Below are positions 11,996-25,554 of a DNA stretch of 64,000 nt, piece by piece. This DNA comes from Lama glama (lineage: Eukaryota), in assembly GCA_028534125.1 (NCBI GenBank), contig CM052832.1, positions 24,306,001 through 24,370,000 of the forward strand, given 5' to 3'. Both the position numbers and the translations under genes were made by a program. The notes beneath the pieces are model-generated. The model saw nothing but the letters and a program-made list of their open reading frames with translations, was not told the DNA's origin and did no database searches. How positions within the stretch are numbered: the first letter of the stretch is position 1; each line of letters opens with the position of its first letter.

Positions 11996-13428
11996 AAGAA
12001 CTTCATTTCGGTGTCACTTCCTTAAAACCTCCTGGATTTTTCTGTTTTACTGATACACTCCGCAGCTTCAGACTGCTGCAGCCATCAGCAGGTCTTAGAC
12101 AAATTAGTTGTCCCTACACATGGTTTACAATATTACACTCGCTGTTTAAAAATAATTAAGCTTCTCTCGGTGTTCTTTGCTGCGGGTCAGGAACTTTTCT
12201 TGCTTTGCCATCCAACACAGAAGTTAATCACAAACGGGTCCTCTGAACCAAATAATTAAAAATAGAGCAAAGTTTCTGAACCAGGCGGTTGGCAGAAAAG
12301 TCTGTACTTCCATCTGTGCACGGTTAGGAAAATATTTCATGATATTGAAATAGCATCAGCCTTGCTCTCTTTTGTATCTGAGAGTGTGTCTGTGTGACTG
12401 TGTGTCATTCAGTGCTCTGAAGGTTTCGTTGACTGTTAGCTAATTTTACATATATATGAAAAGTCCCTGGTGAGGAAACAGGAAAGCAAATCCAGGTATT
12501 CTACGCATAAATTCTTTATTTGCTGGTTTCTGTGAAGGGGGAATGGTCTTGTTCTCGCTTGTCTCTTTAATGAAAGTTTTCCCTTAGTATGTGCTTCAGA
12601 AAAGTAAAGAGCATTACATTTTGACTTGGAAATCTTTATGTCTTTTTGATTCTCTACAAATAACCTTTGCTCATAACTTTAGGAGCTGTTCTTATGTAGG
12701 TGAGATGTTGATGGATCTATTTCAGTGTGGAATGTGGGCGATTATGAGTTTCTGCTCTCTGGAAGGACTTTTATGCTTGGAAGATAAGTCAAACCCATAA
12801 ACACTTTATGACAGAGGTACAGACATACGAGTGACTGATTTTGAGAGAGATTTGATTCTTCACCTCGGATTTCCCTTTGTTCTCACCAGTAATCAGTAAC
12901 TCATCAAATATGTTCACTTTTGGCCAGCTCTGAACCTATGCTATAACTTTAAAAAAATGTATTTTTTATTTGTAAGGTTCTAATTGCTATATAAAATAAA
13001 GATTATTTCCCTCTGGTATTTTTCTAATGTAACTCTCTCTATGACTGGAAAACTCTTCATTTTTAGGTTGATTTTCTTTCTCCCAGGAGAGCTATTGTAT
13101 TAAATTACAACTAATGCTCAATAAATACACTAAAGGGAGATTAGGAATTATTAAAAGAAAAAAAAGGAAATGTCTTAATTTTATTTCTTTGGCTTCAAAA
13201 CATAAATATTTCTGAGTCACCAGTTTCTTTATGCTTCTAGAAACTTAGAACCTAGGCATCTTCTTAATACTATGACGACAGAATAATTAAATTACTGAAG
13301 TCAGGACTGTGGATTGACCATCCTCACATTAATCGAAGTTAAAAAAGGGAGAATTTCTTCAATAAGCTTCATTATTAATGTAGCAGCTAATTCTTGAGTT
13401 TAGCTATGAAGATCAACTAAAGTCGGGG

Positions 13429-13570
13429 ATAGTTTGATCGTTTAGGCAGTTTGTCATTTATGAAATTTAAAATTTAATAGTTTGCTCATTGAGGCAGTTT
13501 GTCATTCATGAAACTCAAAATTTAATAGTTTGAGCATTTGGGCAGTTTGTCATTTATGATATTTAAAAAT
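13429..13570. repeat. 48-bp minisatellite, about 3 copies
   Basis: Units start at 13429, 13477 and 13525; unit 1 versus unit 2 is 42/48 identical; invariant core ggcagtttgtcatt. Confidence 0.95.
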
Positions 13571-14214
13571 GGGACCGTATACATCTTTTTTGTCCAACCT
13601 CCTCATTTGACATTCAACTTAATTTTGTTCATTTCTTATAAACCTACTATGTGCAAGGCACATGCCGTGGAGGGGACCAATAAAGCTGAATAAATTGTGG
13701 CTTGTGGCTTTAGACAAATTAATCTTTGATTTCCTTTTCCGTATCACTTGAGAGGACAGCTTTTAAAATGATCTACATGGATTTTGTTAATTATTATTCT
13801 TTGTCAGTGTAAGATACTTAGCAGGATTTAACATGTTTTGTGCACTCTGAGTACTCATATAAGTGAATGGTAGATGTCTTCTAATTTTAAAATTAATGCT
13901 GGATTGATGTTCTCTTACATGAGACAGCTAACATTGCTACTATTAATTAAACTCCCCAGAGAGGGTACCTGGATACTCAAGTACATCACACTTTTCTTGT
14001 GGGACTGTTAAATTTGTTTCTTTCATTCATGTAAGCATCTTCTAGACAGCAACATACAGAATTTCACTTAAAAAAACAGTATTTGATTGTTGATACCTTT
14101 ATTCAGTAAATTACTTGGTTAACAAATATGTGTTTACCAGATTCAGGATGGAAAACACGAGAAACAGTGCACCCACTCAAGAAAAGTCATTGTGCCAAGA
14201 ACCTATCCTTTTAA

Positions 14215-14440
14215 TAATAGTAATGGCTAGCTGGCATATGGAGGATTTAGGATGTATCAGTCACTGTGCTGATCACTTAATCCTCACAGTAAACCTAGTT
14301 GGTAGTTATTATCTCCACTTTACAGATAAGATAACCAGGTTAGTAGCTTGCCCAAGGTCACACAGCTAGTAAGTGGCAGGACTGGGTTTCAGCTCATACC
14401 ATTTTAACTTTCGACTCTGTGCTCTTAACTAATTGTACTT
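14215..14440 (-). mobile_element. MIR SINE
   Basis: ttaatcctcacagtaaacc...ctccactttacagataag...cttgcccaaggtcacacagctagtaagtggcagg...gtgctcttaac. Confidence 0.92.
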
Positions 14441-16257
14441 TAATTGCTTACCACCCATGTCATCGTGAGACCTGCAAAGTGGTTTTCATAAATGTTGAGT
14501 ATATACAACAGCATAATCACAAAACTCAGGTAAACCACAAAGAATAGGGATTCAGTGAGCACTCAAGTCATCCTCCACCCGGATTTCCTTCTTACCATGA
14601 GTTTGATGTCCTCCCACATTGGGCCCCCCCCATCACATCACCTTTCTTCCCACCTCAGAAGTAGCCACTAAATAAAAATGATGTTCTAAAATATGTTTAA
14701 CCAAAGTGCAGAAAAATGCATCCCAGCCAGATGATTCTTTTGTTTTCCTTCCTTTTTTCTCGTCTCTCTTCCCTGCTCTGTCCTCTCTCTTCTTCCTCCT
14801 TTTTCTCACCCTCGCGGAGCACAAAGAGGAACTGAGTCAGACCTGCATGAAAAGGTCGGGGAGCGTGGTCTCTGCTGTGATGTCCAGGCCTCCGTGCCAT
14901 GACTCGTGTTGGGAATTTTTGGCGAGAGGACAGTTTCTTCCATGCACTTAAGTGACACGCCTTGCTGGGGACAGACTGTAACAGACAGACCATCCGAGGC
15001 GGGGATTTAATTTGACTGTGCTGACACTTCTCTAAAAAGTTTGTCGGGTTATAAGTCACAAATATCAGCTCTATAGACATGTGGTTTCTTAATAGTGTGA
15101 CTCTTAAAATAGCGATACATTTTTGGTAACCAGTGTGAGGGCACTTCATAACACAATCCAAAGCCATTGAGTGGAACATGTTAAGATAATAGAACCTTGT
15201 TGTCCCTTAATGCCTTAATGCTATCTTTCAGCAAGTAGTAATACTGGGTGCAGTCTGTGAAAATCAAAATGGATTCTGGCCTGGTGGGAATAATGTAATT
15301 CTTACATCATTTGGAAAATATATTTTAATAAATTTTTAAAAATGTAAGCAAAGCAGGCTTTTGGTTTTGGTTTGCAGGTTGTACTCTGTGGCATAAAAAT
15401 TTTTCCAGGGATTGCACAATTCTGAAGGAGAAGGTGGCAGTTTAACACGGTCTTAGCCATGAAGCACTTAGAGCCAAGTTACTTTAAAGTTCCTCCCATG
15501 TAACTGCAAAACATGTAATGAATTTGAAAGGTTGAAAAAGAATCACATCTAGCTCAACATAAAAGTGCTTAAAAAGGCATATTTATGTCTGTGTGTAGTC
15601 ATTTGCACATATGCATTTACCTATGTATGGTATTAATATTTTTCTAGAATTGCATGTGTTTGTATATTGGATATAGTGCACACCCGTTATAGCACTAGTG
15701 TTAGGGGACCCTTTTATGAACCAACTATATGATTGGGAGCTTTATCAAATGTGATTTTTCAAAGGTCATGATTTTGGCCTGTAATAAAAAGCAGTATAGT
15801 ATTGAGCTTAAAGTGTGACTATGTATCTGTCTGTCTGTCTGTCTGCCCCTTCTCTCTCTTACATTTTTGCTTGGGGAAAAATCTTTGTTCAAAAATACCA
15901 ATATGCCTATTAATAAGCTCCAAATATGAAAAAAAGAGCTGCATATGACACTTGGTTGTAGCTTTGTACATTGTCTCAAAAAACATGCTTGGCAAATGTA
16001 GCTTAAGAGTGTAGCTGATTTAAAAGCTGCATTTGAGAATCCTAAGTACTGTTCTGTGACAGCTATTCCTATAGGAATTGGCACAGCGAAGAAAATTTAC
16101 AGTTTAATATTTTAGAGCAAATAATTGCTTAGGATGCTTTAAATAGCACAGGAAATGTGTAGAGTGTTTACTTGGCATTTGTTATATTGAACACTAATAC
16201 TGAAACAAGTTCTTTGACCACAGAGAATGCCAGTGTAGGTGGAGTTGGGGTAGACGG

Positions 16258-16310
16258 GAGAAAGAGACAAAAAAAAAAAAAAAGAAAGAAAAAGAAAGAA
16301 AAAAAAAAAA
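16258..16310. repeat. A-rich low-complexity tract (An/GAAA)
   Basis: aaaaaaaaaaaaaaagaaagaaaaagaaagaaaaaaaaaaaa read directly. Confidence 0.9.
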
Positions 16311-16467
16311 CAGCCAGCATGGTTAGATAAAAATTCAATGGCAAATGAGCTTTTTCATGGTAGAGAGATAGCAGGGAAAAAAAAAAGGCCCATTTGTTAG
16401 ATCAAGTAGTCTTCGAGTGTGGTAGCAGAAAGCAAAGTAAAACAACTCCTTGGGATTTGGTTTCTCC

Positions 16468-16670
16468 TGTTTTTGCTTTTGTTTTGCTTAATTGAATTAC
16501 AGTCAGTTACAATGTGTCAGTTTCTGGTGTACAGCGTAAAGTCCCAGGCATGCATATGCATACATATATTCGTTTTCATATTCTTTTCATTAAAGGTTAT
16601 TACAAGATACTGAATATAGTTCCCTGTGCTATGCAGAAGAAACTTTTTTTTTTTTTTTTTTTAGTTTATC
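16468..16670 (-). mobile_element. Lineage-specific L1 3' end fragment
   Basis: attgaattacagtcagttacaatgtgtcagtttctggtgtacagc...ggttattacaagatactgaatatagttccctgtgctat; homologous to the copies at 18030, 25555 and 52109. Confidence 0.85.
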
Positions 16671-17207
16671 TGTCTCCTGGGTTTTAGGCCCCGAATTATG
16701 CTGAAGGCTCTTTTCAAAGCCTTCCAGCCCTGGGCTACTCTGGTTTAATTTTTAAGGTCCTGAAAGCAAAAAGAGTGACCTCCCTTTTTAGAAAACAGAA
16801 AGAAAAAAAAAATCCCTCTGGTTATCTGTTTAATCTGCCCACGCTCGTGAAGGTTTTTTCTGACAGCTCTGGCGCCCTCATTTCTCCGTGCAGCTCAGTA
16901 CTAGCCATGTTTTTCCTCCTGAATGCATCCGGCGCTCCCAGAGGCGCCTCTTCAGCCTTTCCAGGCACTGTGCACACGGGGCTTGTCTTAGGATGGGGTC
17001 TAGTGCCGTTTGGTGCTGCACAAAATGCAGAGCATTTCTTTTTGCGCTAACTGCTCACCATGCATTGTGATTCAGCTGTGTCTGATAGGAAAAAAAAATA
17101 GGGTCTACTTTAAAAAGCAAACCTTCTCATTCAGATATATTGGAGTCACTTCTACAGTGTCTTAAACGGTTTTTTTTTTGAATTTTTATTTTTTTAAAGT
17201 GGCAGTT

Positions 17208-17344
17208 TCTTTTTATTTATTTATTTCTTTGGAGGGGGAGGTAATTAGCTCATTTATTTGTTTATTAATGGGGGTACTGGGGATTGAACCCAGGACCTTG
17301 TGCTTGCTAAGCACATGCTCTGCTGCTGAGCTATACCCACCCCC
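17208..17344 (-). mobile_element. tRNA-derived SINE, Vic-1 type
   Basis: ggggaggtaattag...gtactggggattgaacccaggaccttgtgcttgctaagcacatgctctgctgctgagctatacccacccc is the reverse complement of the element at 3645. Confidence 0.92.
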
Positions 17345-18029
17345 TGCTTAAAGGGGATTTTAAATGCATATATTAAAAATGAACTGACATGTGTGATAGG
17401 TCCAAGAATGGGAAGTTGTGCAGTGCTAATGAAATTTGTTAAAAGCTTCTAACTTCTATCTTGTCAACGCAAGCGGTTTTAAAATACACAAACAACAATC
17501 AAGAGTCAAAACTTCACCGTGCACTGTGGTCCCAGCACCCAGAACACTGGCGTGGAGACGCTGTATTTATGACTTTTCCACTGACTTGAGAGTTGACCTT
17601 GAATAACTCATGTTTAACTTCTCTATGCTTCAATTAGCTTTTGAAAGATACGTGTGGTTGTGGATAGCCAGTGGGAAGGTAATAACTGAAGCTCACAACA
17701 AAAGGAGAACTTGGAGGAAAATTTTATTAGAAAAGAGCAGTGGGCTTGAATGCAAGCCTCATGCAGGGTACTGTTAACAAGCCTTGGTACACATGGCTCC
17801 TAAGAAAGGTAGGGGGTTTTCTTCTAATACTCTTCCTATATTTTGTGGAATTAAAAAATATATATTTATTGTTTTACCTTTCAACTCTAGAAAGCTTTGT
17901 GTTCATACATCTTTTTCTAAAAGTTCCACCTTATATAAAGGGTTTTTTTCCTTTAGAATATAATTTAAATGGTAATCAAGCAGTAACAAATTTCATTTAA
18001 TATGTAAAAATATTTAATTTAATTTTTTA

Positions 18030-18205
18030 AATTTAATTTTTTATTGAAGTGTAGTTGGTTTACAATGTTAGTTTCAAGTGTACAGCAAAGTGATTCAGTT
18101 ATACATATACATACATATCTATATATTCTCTTTTCAGATTCTTTTCCATTATATGTTATTATAAGAAATTGAATATAGTTCTCTGTGCTGTACAGTAGGT
18201 CCTGA
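18030..18205 (-). mobile_element. L1 3' end fragment
   Basis: tttttattgaagtgtagttggtttacaatgttagtttcaagtgtacagcaaagtgattcagttatacatatac...aatatagttctctgtgctgtacagtaggtcct. Confidence 0.9.
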
Positions 18206-19454
18206 TTTTGTTTTTTAAAGGAAATTCCACATGATTATTTATTTTAAAAAGTTTATTTCTTTTTAGTCCGTTGCTACCCTTGAGATGGTCTCAATGGTTT
18301 TTCATTCATTTGAGGAGTAAGGAAGAATTGTACTCAAGATTTAATGTGCCAGAAACGCTAGTAAGCACAAAAAGCACTTAAGTACTCATGTGATTTATGT
18401 TCAGCGGGCCTGTTTCCCCTTCCTAGTGTGTCAGGAGTCAGTTGGAGGACCAGAATCCGTAGGAGAAAATAAAATATAACCACTGTGATTGATAATCAGA
18501 GGAGAGGTTTTTAGGCAGTGGTACCCAGAGCTGTGCATCACTGTGGGATCTCAGTAAACTAATCGCTGATAGCACACGCTCCCCCCCGCCTTCCGGGAAA
18601 TCCAAGACCTCCACGAGGGCATGGAAAGCTAGATTGCAAAACGGCGCTAAACCACATGGCCCTATTCAAGCCCTTGCAGTTACTGCCTCATGTCACTTAC
18701 ACTGTTGTGAAAAGGACACAGGTACTACCAGTTGAGATGCCTACAATTTGAAGGAAGGATTATGAGCTTTTGATGTTACTGAGAGCCTTACTCTGGAGTC
18801 TCAGGTGGCGTTCTGGGGTATGAAAATATAAGCCAGCCGCTCCAAGGTTAGAGAAAACATTTCAAAGAAAGCCGGGGAAAAAGCCTGTAGATTTCGCACC
18901 CTAGCCATGACTCACTTTCTCTTTGCTCTCTCTGTCCGGCTGTTACTCATTTTACTGCGAGCCCCACAGGAAGGCTCCTGGTGATGTTTTTTTTCCCTTT
19001 GGCTGCTGTGCAAAAAATATAAATACACATCTTGGGAGAATAAGGGTGAGAGAGAGAAAAGACAGAGGTCACCATTTTTAATCCTGGTTCTGCTGATAAC
19101 AAACTCCGTGACCAGATACTCTGTACAGCAAGGGAGGCTGTTTTTAAAATCCATCCTAGGTTGCCAGATGGCAGCCATCGCCCTGTAGAAGGGCTTGTCT
19201 CACATGTCTGCTGTGTTTGGACCGCTGAGGTACCATTTGGATCACCTCTCCCAGGCTTTTGGAAGTACCCTGGAGGTGTGACGGCAACCTTAAGAATCCT
19301 TAGCATTAGGACTGAATTATCAGGAGGACAGGCAGGAAGAAAGGCTGGGGGTCGGGGACAGGGGGTGCCAGGCTATTCTGAGTCTGCTGTTTAAACTTGA
19401 ATAGTTATGCCATGTGTTCAGTTAGAGTTGTATATCCCAGAATTTTGATAGCTC

Positions 19455-19620
19455 CTGTGTTTTGAATACCAGCCCTGCCATTTACTAGCTTGGTCAAGTC
19501 ACCTCAGTTTCTTCATCTGAAAAGTGTGGATTATAATCAGCGTGAGAATTAAATAAATCAACGTATGTAAGACATCTAAAAGAGCGCCTGGCACCTAGTA
19601 AATGCCATTTATGCTTTACT
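19455..19620 (+). mobile_element. MIR SINE
   Basis: ctgccatttactagct...cctcagtttcttcatctgaaaag...gtgagaattaaat...gcctggcacctagtaaatgc. Confidence 0.85.
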
Positions 19621-20767
19621 TACTCTTTTCATGTTATTGTTCTCCTTTGGGATTTTCAAATTTCTTTGTATAATATTTAGGGCAATGTTCCAGGCATCTG
19701 GGAGGAGGGGTTGGTGAGCCCTAGGGTGGTAGAGTGTGCGGACATGATCTGTTGTCTCCCCTTGGTCTCAGACTTTGCCTGTATGTATCATGTTTATTTC
19801 TGACCACCAGGTTTTGCTCAGATTCCTCCCTCACTGCTCTGCCTTCACCCAGCCACAGTCTGCCCCGTCGTGAATGTCTGGCATGAGCCTCCCTTTCTCC
19901 AGGATGGGAAGGTTTCCCTAGCTGTTTCAGCCCAAACCAGCCTCCTTCCGCACTTTCCTCAGTTCCCGGGTACTTGTCTGCACGACTCATGTCGTTATTG
20001 CTTCATTTTGTAACTTAGATGTCTTGCTTCCCAGTCAGCCTCCATGTGACTGGAGGCTCTCGCCGCCTCTCGGCGTCCAGGGTAGTGAGGCAGGAAGAGC
20101 AAGGATCAGGGAGGAAAGGACCCTGCTTCTCTCTCTCTCTCTCTCTCACTCTCTCGTAAACTCATTGTGCTCGGGGCATTTGATCTCTCAAATCCTCAGA
20201 GCCTCTCAGGCAAAACAAGTGTCTAGACTAAGTGACCTCTGAATTTTCGCCTGCAGCTTCATAATTTCAGAGCAGTACAGGTGGGAATAAATAGATGTGG
20301 AAGGAGTGCACGAGTGTCCAGTGTCCAGGTGCCCAGGGTGGCTTGAGTTATTTTTGTACCCAGTAGTGTCTCTGCTGGATGAAAGGAGGAGCTGGTCTGT
20401 GTGATGAATTTTTCACTTTCATTGGACAGAAATGTTGTTAATTTTGACCCTTTCATGGTCGGCATTTGTGTCCACATCTGAGTCTATATTAATAATTGGC
20501 CCAATGACAAAAGATTTTCGCTGCTAAAAAGTAATACAAATTATTTCACAGACAGAGTGTTCAGGGTACATTAGAAAGGAAAAGAGTGCATAAGAGAGCA
20601 CTTTAGATTTAGAAGTCCCTCTTTGCATGCATTCTGTTTTATACATTATAATGTATAATTATATTTGTGTAATAGCAATATACAAGCTCTCATCGTGTAT
20701 TCATTTAATAATTTATTGCTCATTTCGAAGTTTTTCTACAAGTACTTAAGGGATTTAAGACTGTGTT

Positions 20768-21030
20768 TCTTTTTTATTAAAGTATAGTTGATGCACAGTA
20801 TTATTTAAGTTACAGGTGTTATTTAAGTTACAGGTATAGTGATTTCACAATTTTTAAAGGTTGTACTCATAGGTGTTATAAAATATTGGCTGTGTTTCCC
20901 ATGTTGCATAATATATCCTTGTAGCTTATTTTGTACATAATAATTTGCACCTCTTCATCCCCTACCCCATGCTATCCCTACCCCTTCCCTCTCCCACTGG
21001 TAACCACTAGTTTGTTCTCTGCACATCTGC
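20768..21030 (-). mobile_element. L1 3' end fragment containing an 18-bp tandem duplication
   Basis: tttttattaaagtatagttgat...cccttccctctcccactggtaaccactagtttgttctctg; ttatttaagttacaggt(g/a) is repeated at 20801-20836. Confidence 0.88.
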
Positions 21031-24000
21031 CTCTTTGAAACTATACCTTTTTTAAAAAGTTTATAATTTGGGCTTATTTTCTCATTTATATTAGACGTTT
21101 TATCTGTACCCAGTTTGCTAAGCACTTATTACTGTTCTGGGTATGTTAGGAGATACCACACATCCAGTGCTAGGCTTCCACGTTATAACTAAAAGGAAAA
21201 TGCAGGTGTGTGTGTGGGGGGGGGAGGGTAACCTAAGAGAACACGGGGTCACCAGGGTAGAGAAATGCAAATATTTACCAGTCATTCCTGCCCATGTGCA
21301 CTTGTTTCTTGTGTCCTTGGATCTGAATTGATCCAAAAGGTCTGCATTTATGGAGTCCTTCCTCTTAGAAATGCTTTGGCTTCACTTTGATGCTTTTTCC
21401 TCTGTTTTTAAAAATGGTGTAGAAACATGCTGGGATGAGTGTTTGAAGATGACTCCCTCCCTTATCTGGGCATAAATATTGTTGGAGGAGAGAGGTGGGA
21501 GCAGGTACTAGACAGATCTGTACGCTGAGTGCAAGTGATAATGGACTTCACTGACTCGAGAAAGAAAGGGAAAAGAGTTTCAAACGCTTTTTCACAGGAT
21601 ATTTCAGGCAGGGTATTTTTCTGAACTTGATTTCTGATTTGAAAACTGGCCTGAGCTGTTTTTTATTTCATCCAAGCACATTTACCGTGAATCGAGGGGC
21701 AGAGTGTTTCTTAAGCCTCCATATCTTTAGGCTGTGAGTCATTTCCATGTTGTTGAGACGTTTTCTAGCTTTTATTGCCGTGTGTAGTTCATGCTTTTCT
21801 CTGGATGTTCTGACTCCTTAAGAAACTCGCAATAACACATTAACAATCACACTCCTCTGGAAGGAAAACACGCAGTAGCGGAGTAATAAATAGTTCTGGA
21901 GACCTGAGTAAACAGAAGCGTCTGCTTTCCTGTTTTAAGAAGGCTCTGGAGAAGGAGTCCAGCGTCCAGCAGATGCACACAGGATACACCATTTAAAGCA
22001 AAAAGACATAAATGTGTTTTTCATCGTAATTATCCAAGCGATTGTGGTGTAAAAACCATATAGCCACTTTCATTCTTGAAAACTTAATACGTAAATTGTT
22101 TTCAGCCTTCTGCCCTTCTTTGCCTCGAATGCACCATAATGTGTTAACAAGTTTGACTTATTAAAATGAGTTGTATTTATTTGGGAGCTCAGGGTCGGCC
22201 TGGACTTCTCCACTTTCCTGTCTTTCTCTGGTGAAACTGGGACTGGTACCTGGGCCCGGAGTTTGGTGGGAAAGACTAGAATCAGCACAGCCTTAAGACA
22301 GAGTGCACGTGCAACCCTCGTCTGTCCCATTGAGTCTTGACGGAATTTTTTAATCAGGCGAGATGGTAAATTGTCAGGTCGGGGGCTATTTCCATCCATC
22401 CTTGTCCTGAGGTTGCTTGTTTGGGTTGTGGTGGATGGAGTAAAAGCGTAATCTCCCAGTGATGAACGCTTGATTTGGTTAGAGACCATTGTCAAGGGAG
22501 ATGTTAACAGCTCCTTCATGATCATACACGCTTGGAAGAAAACTGATGCCCACGGAAGATGAATGCCTGGGGACTTTGAATTTCCTATTCATCAGAAAGA
22601 CACCTTCAAGATCTTGCTCAGATTTCATGAATTTTCTCTAGATTCCTACTGAGAAATTGGGGCGAAGTAATATTTTTTTTCCTCCTTGCCTGTTTCAGTG
22701 TCTCAGGAACCGTGCCCAAATGTAGCCTGTCTAGTCGAAAGGCAGTGCCATCCACTTTGTGCTGAGGACAATGAAGTTCTTCCCTCACCTGGGTGGAGGA
22801 GCTGATTTGGCTAAACTTCCAGTCTGAGGCGTGTGAGTCAGACAGAGGCAAAGATTTAAATGTTATTAATATGAGAAAAATCTTTTGAACATGAAGTCAT
22901 CACGGTTGAGGTTGCTTTGAACATTCCTCATGGTCTCTTTTACGATTTGTACCAGAATCAACACGCTTTAGTTTTATGCTAAAAAAACACAGTGGAGTAA
23001 AAATGGGCATGAATTTGAAATTACACGGTAGCCAGAAACGTTCATATTATAGAAATGTTATCCTGTGATAAATATTTAGTGACGCTCCTTGGCTCACAGG
23101 CTACTTTTTAATGGCTTTGGGGTTCAGGAATTTTGAAAGTCAGTTTCTTTGTAATTTAAATTTTCTTCTAAGCAAGGAAGTACACTGTATTATTAATTTT
23201 TAAAAAATATATACTTAGGCGTTAAAATTGTGTAATTATCTTAATGCTTCTAGAGCCTCTTTTCTGACTAAACACTGGAACTTGTGTTGTTGAATGCAGG
23301 GAATTTGTCCAGAAAAGCTAAAGGAAATTTAGCCTACGCATGGAAATTTGCTAGATTTATAAATAAAAGGTTTAACTAAAGGGATGATGCATAACACAAT
23401 TTTATTTTATCCATAAAAGATTGCCCATTCATTTTGTCTCTTAGTCCTTCTTTTAGGATTAAGTAATAATTGTAGCTCATTTTTTGTAGTTGATTTATAG
23501 CAGTAAGTTTTGTGCAAGCTGACTGTGTGTAATTGAACTCATTTTATGTGCATAAAGATAGACTGTGTTTTTTTTTTAAAGGATCACATAAAAGTATCTT
23601 TTTTATAAAGTTGAAAATGTCCCCAGAGATGCCCCACCTGAGATTGTAAAGTAGAAAAGAAAGATAATACAGTGTGGGAAGAAAAAAAAAAAAGATGATA
23701 CAGTATGCCGCTCTGTCTCTTGAAGGAATGACCTCCTCTATTGGAAAATAACTTTAAAGAATTCAAAGTTTAGAATTTTTCGTTGAAATAATTTATAAAT
23801 CATGGCACTGACTTTTAATCCTTGGTAGAATTCTCTTTATTTCTAAGAAGCCTGCGTAAATGTTTATATGAACATAACCTTATGTAGTTAAAACGTACCA
23901 ACCTTACTTAAAGACAACTGTGTGCATAATAGTACACAAAGTTCTTAGATTAAAATGCTTTGTACCTTTTTTGGAAGAAAAATCTTATGTAGGCTTTTTT

Positions 24001-24430
24001 TTTTTTTTTTTTTTTACTTTTACTCTTAACTCTCCCAGACCTTTTGAGCAGAGTAGGAAACTAGTATTGTTACTCACACTTACTTCTAGTATTACTCACA
24101 CTCTGTTCAACTTTAGCAAGTTTGATGCATTAACTCACTTATGTAAAGAACTTGAGTGACAAAAAGCTAAATTTTTATTGTAGAAAATACTAATAATGCT
24201 GAGTAAAGCTGGTATAGAATCAGGCTCAATTATTATAATGACTCCGATGCTTTATAATTTGATATATTTTCTCTGTATAACCTTAGATGTTTCCCATTAT
24301 TTTGGATTTTCAAAATTATTATAGACTGCGTGTTCAGCACCCACAAACACAAGGGGAGAGGAGGGCAGAAATACAGGTGGGTGGTCGGGCGAGGATGCTG
24401 GGCCAGGGCCCATTGGCTGACACTGTGATC

Positions 24431-24600
24431 AGGTGGTTGCGGGGCCTGCATTTCTGGTGGCTGAACTTTTTCAGAATGCCCCCCAGATCCCCCGGTAACT
24501 GTATTTACATGACATGATGTGAATGCGTGATTTTCTGGGGAGAGGGTTGTAGCTTTCATCAGATCCTCAAAGAATTCTCTGTCCCTCCAAAGGTCCGCTA
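24431..24600. mobile_element. hAT-Charlie non-autonomous DNA transposon (Charlie4z-like)
   Basis: ttttctggggagagggttgtagctttcatcagatcctcaaag matches my recollection of the Charlie4 terminal region. Confidence 0.65.
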
Positions 24601-25554
24601 GTGTAGACGTGAAAGGGAAGGAAGGTTATCTTCGAGGCTATGATGTTAAGTCTGAGTTACAGAAAACAAGCCAGGGGCTACCTTTTTTATAAGATTGAAA
24701 ATGACCACAACATGGCCGCACACGAACTCCATTAAGTTGGCATTGCAGGCATACCTGGTACGCGTTTAAAACACAGCGTGTTCGTTTTGAAATAATGAAA
24801 AGAGTAACGGCTTGTGGTTTGAAGCATCCCCATTTTGAGATGCCTTGATGCTGTACTAACCTTGTTCACAGCAGCTCTGAGTTTTTTTCTGCGTTAGAAA
24901 TTGCTCAGTGGGAGACAAACGAGGCGCATTTGGGAAACGTGCGGCTGACTGAGTGAAGAGGGTAATCGCTGTCCTTAGAGACCTGACTTCTGGTTTACGT
25001 TTGTGTTGAGAAGCCGGTGGAGCAGGAAGGCTTGACTGGCTTGGAAGCAGGAGCAGGTAACACCAGTGCGTGAGGTACACATCGCACCCACCTTGACGTT
25101 TGCACATTTCAGTTTACAAAATGGTACACTTGGATCTCTGCTTGATGAGGGCCAACGTTCCTTGTCTGGGTTCTGGGGTTCTGGCTGTGTCGTCGTGCTG
25201 GCACAACATCTGGCCTGCACAAGCCGAAGAAATATTTTGTTGAATAAATGACCTCAGTTGGTTCTCAGGGCTGTCCTGTGGATACAGACACAGCCAGTTT
25301 CTGCATTTCATTTCCAGGCTCAGAGAGGGCAATTATGTACCTAAGTTCACATGGCTGGTAGCAAAAGGATCTAGACCTCTCCTTTACCCTGTGCTTTATC
25401 TTCACCCCAGTGATAAAAAGGGAAAAGCCACATTTTGACCAAGTGAGTTTTGGGAGAAGAGAGTGAGAGAGCAGTTACAACCCTCAAAGTCTCAAAAATC
25501 ACAGTAGTGTGTTTGACTTGTAACAGAGAGAAAATCTTAAGTGATTATCCCCTT

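Noticed and set aside
13429..13570. 48-bp repeat as a CRISPR-like array
   Set aside because: Units are head-to-tail with no unique spacers, there are no cas genes, and the DNA is mammalian.
14697..15179. Longest ORF (160 aa, minus strand) as a gene
   Set aside because: No recognisable domain; the K/E/R-rich end is just the translation of a pyrimidine tract.
20037..20058. Hairpin agcctcca-tgtgac-tggaggct as a structured RNA or terminator
   Set aside because: An 8-bp stem is expected by chance in 64 kb and is too short for a pre-miRNA.
22070..22525. 151-aa minus-strand ORF
   Set aside because: No recognisable motif or supporting gene structure; length is within chance expectation for six frames of 64 kb.
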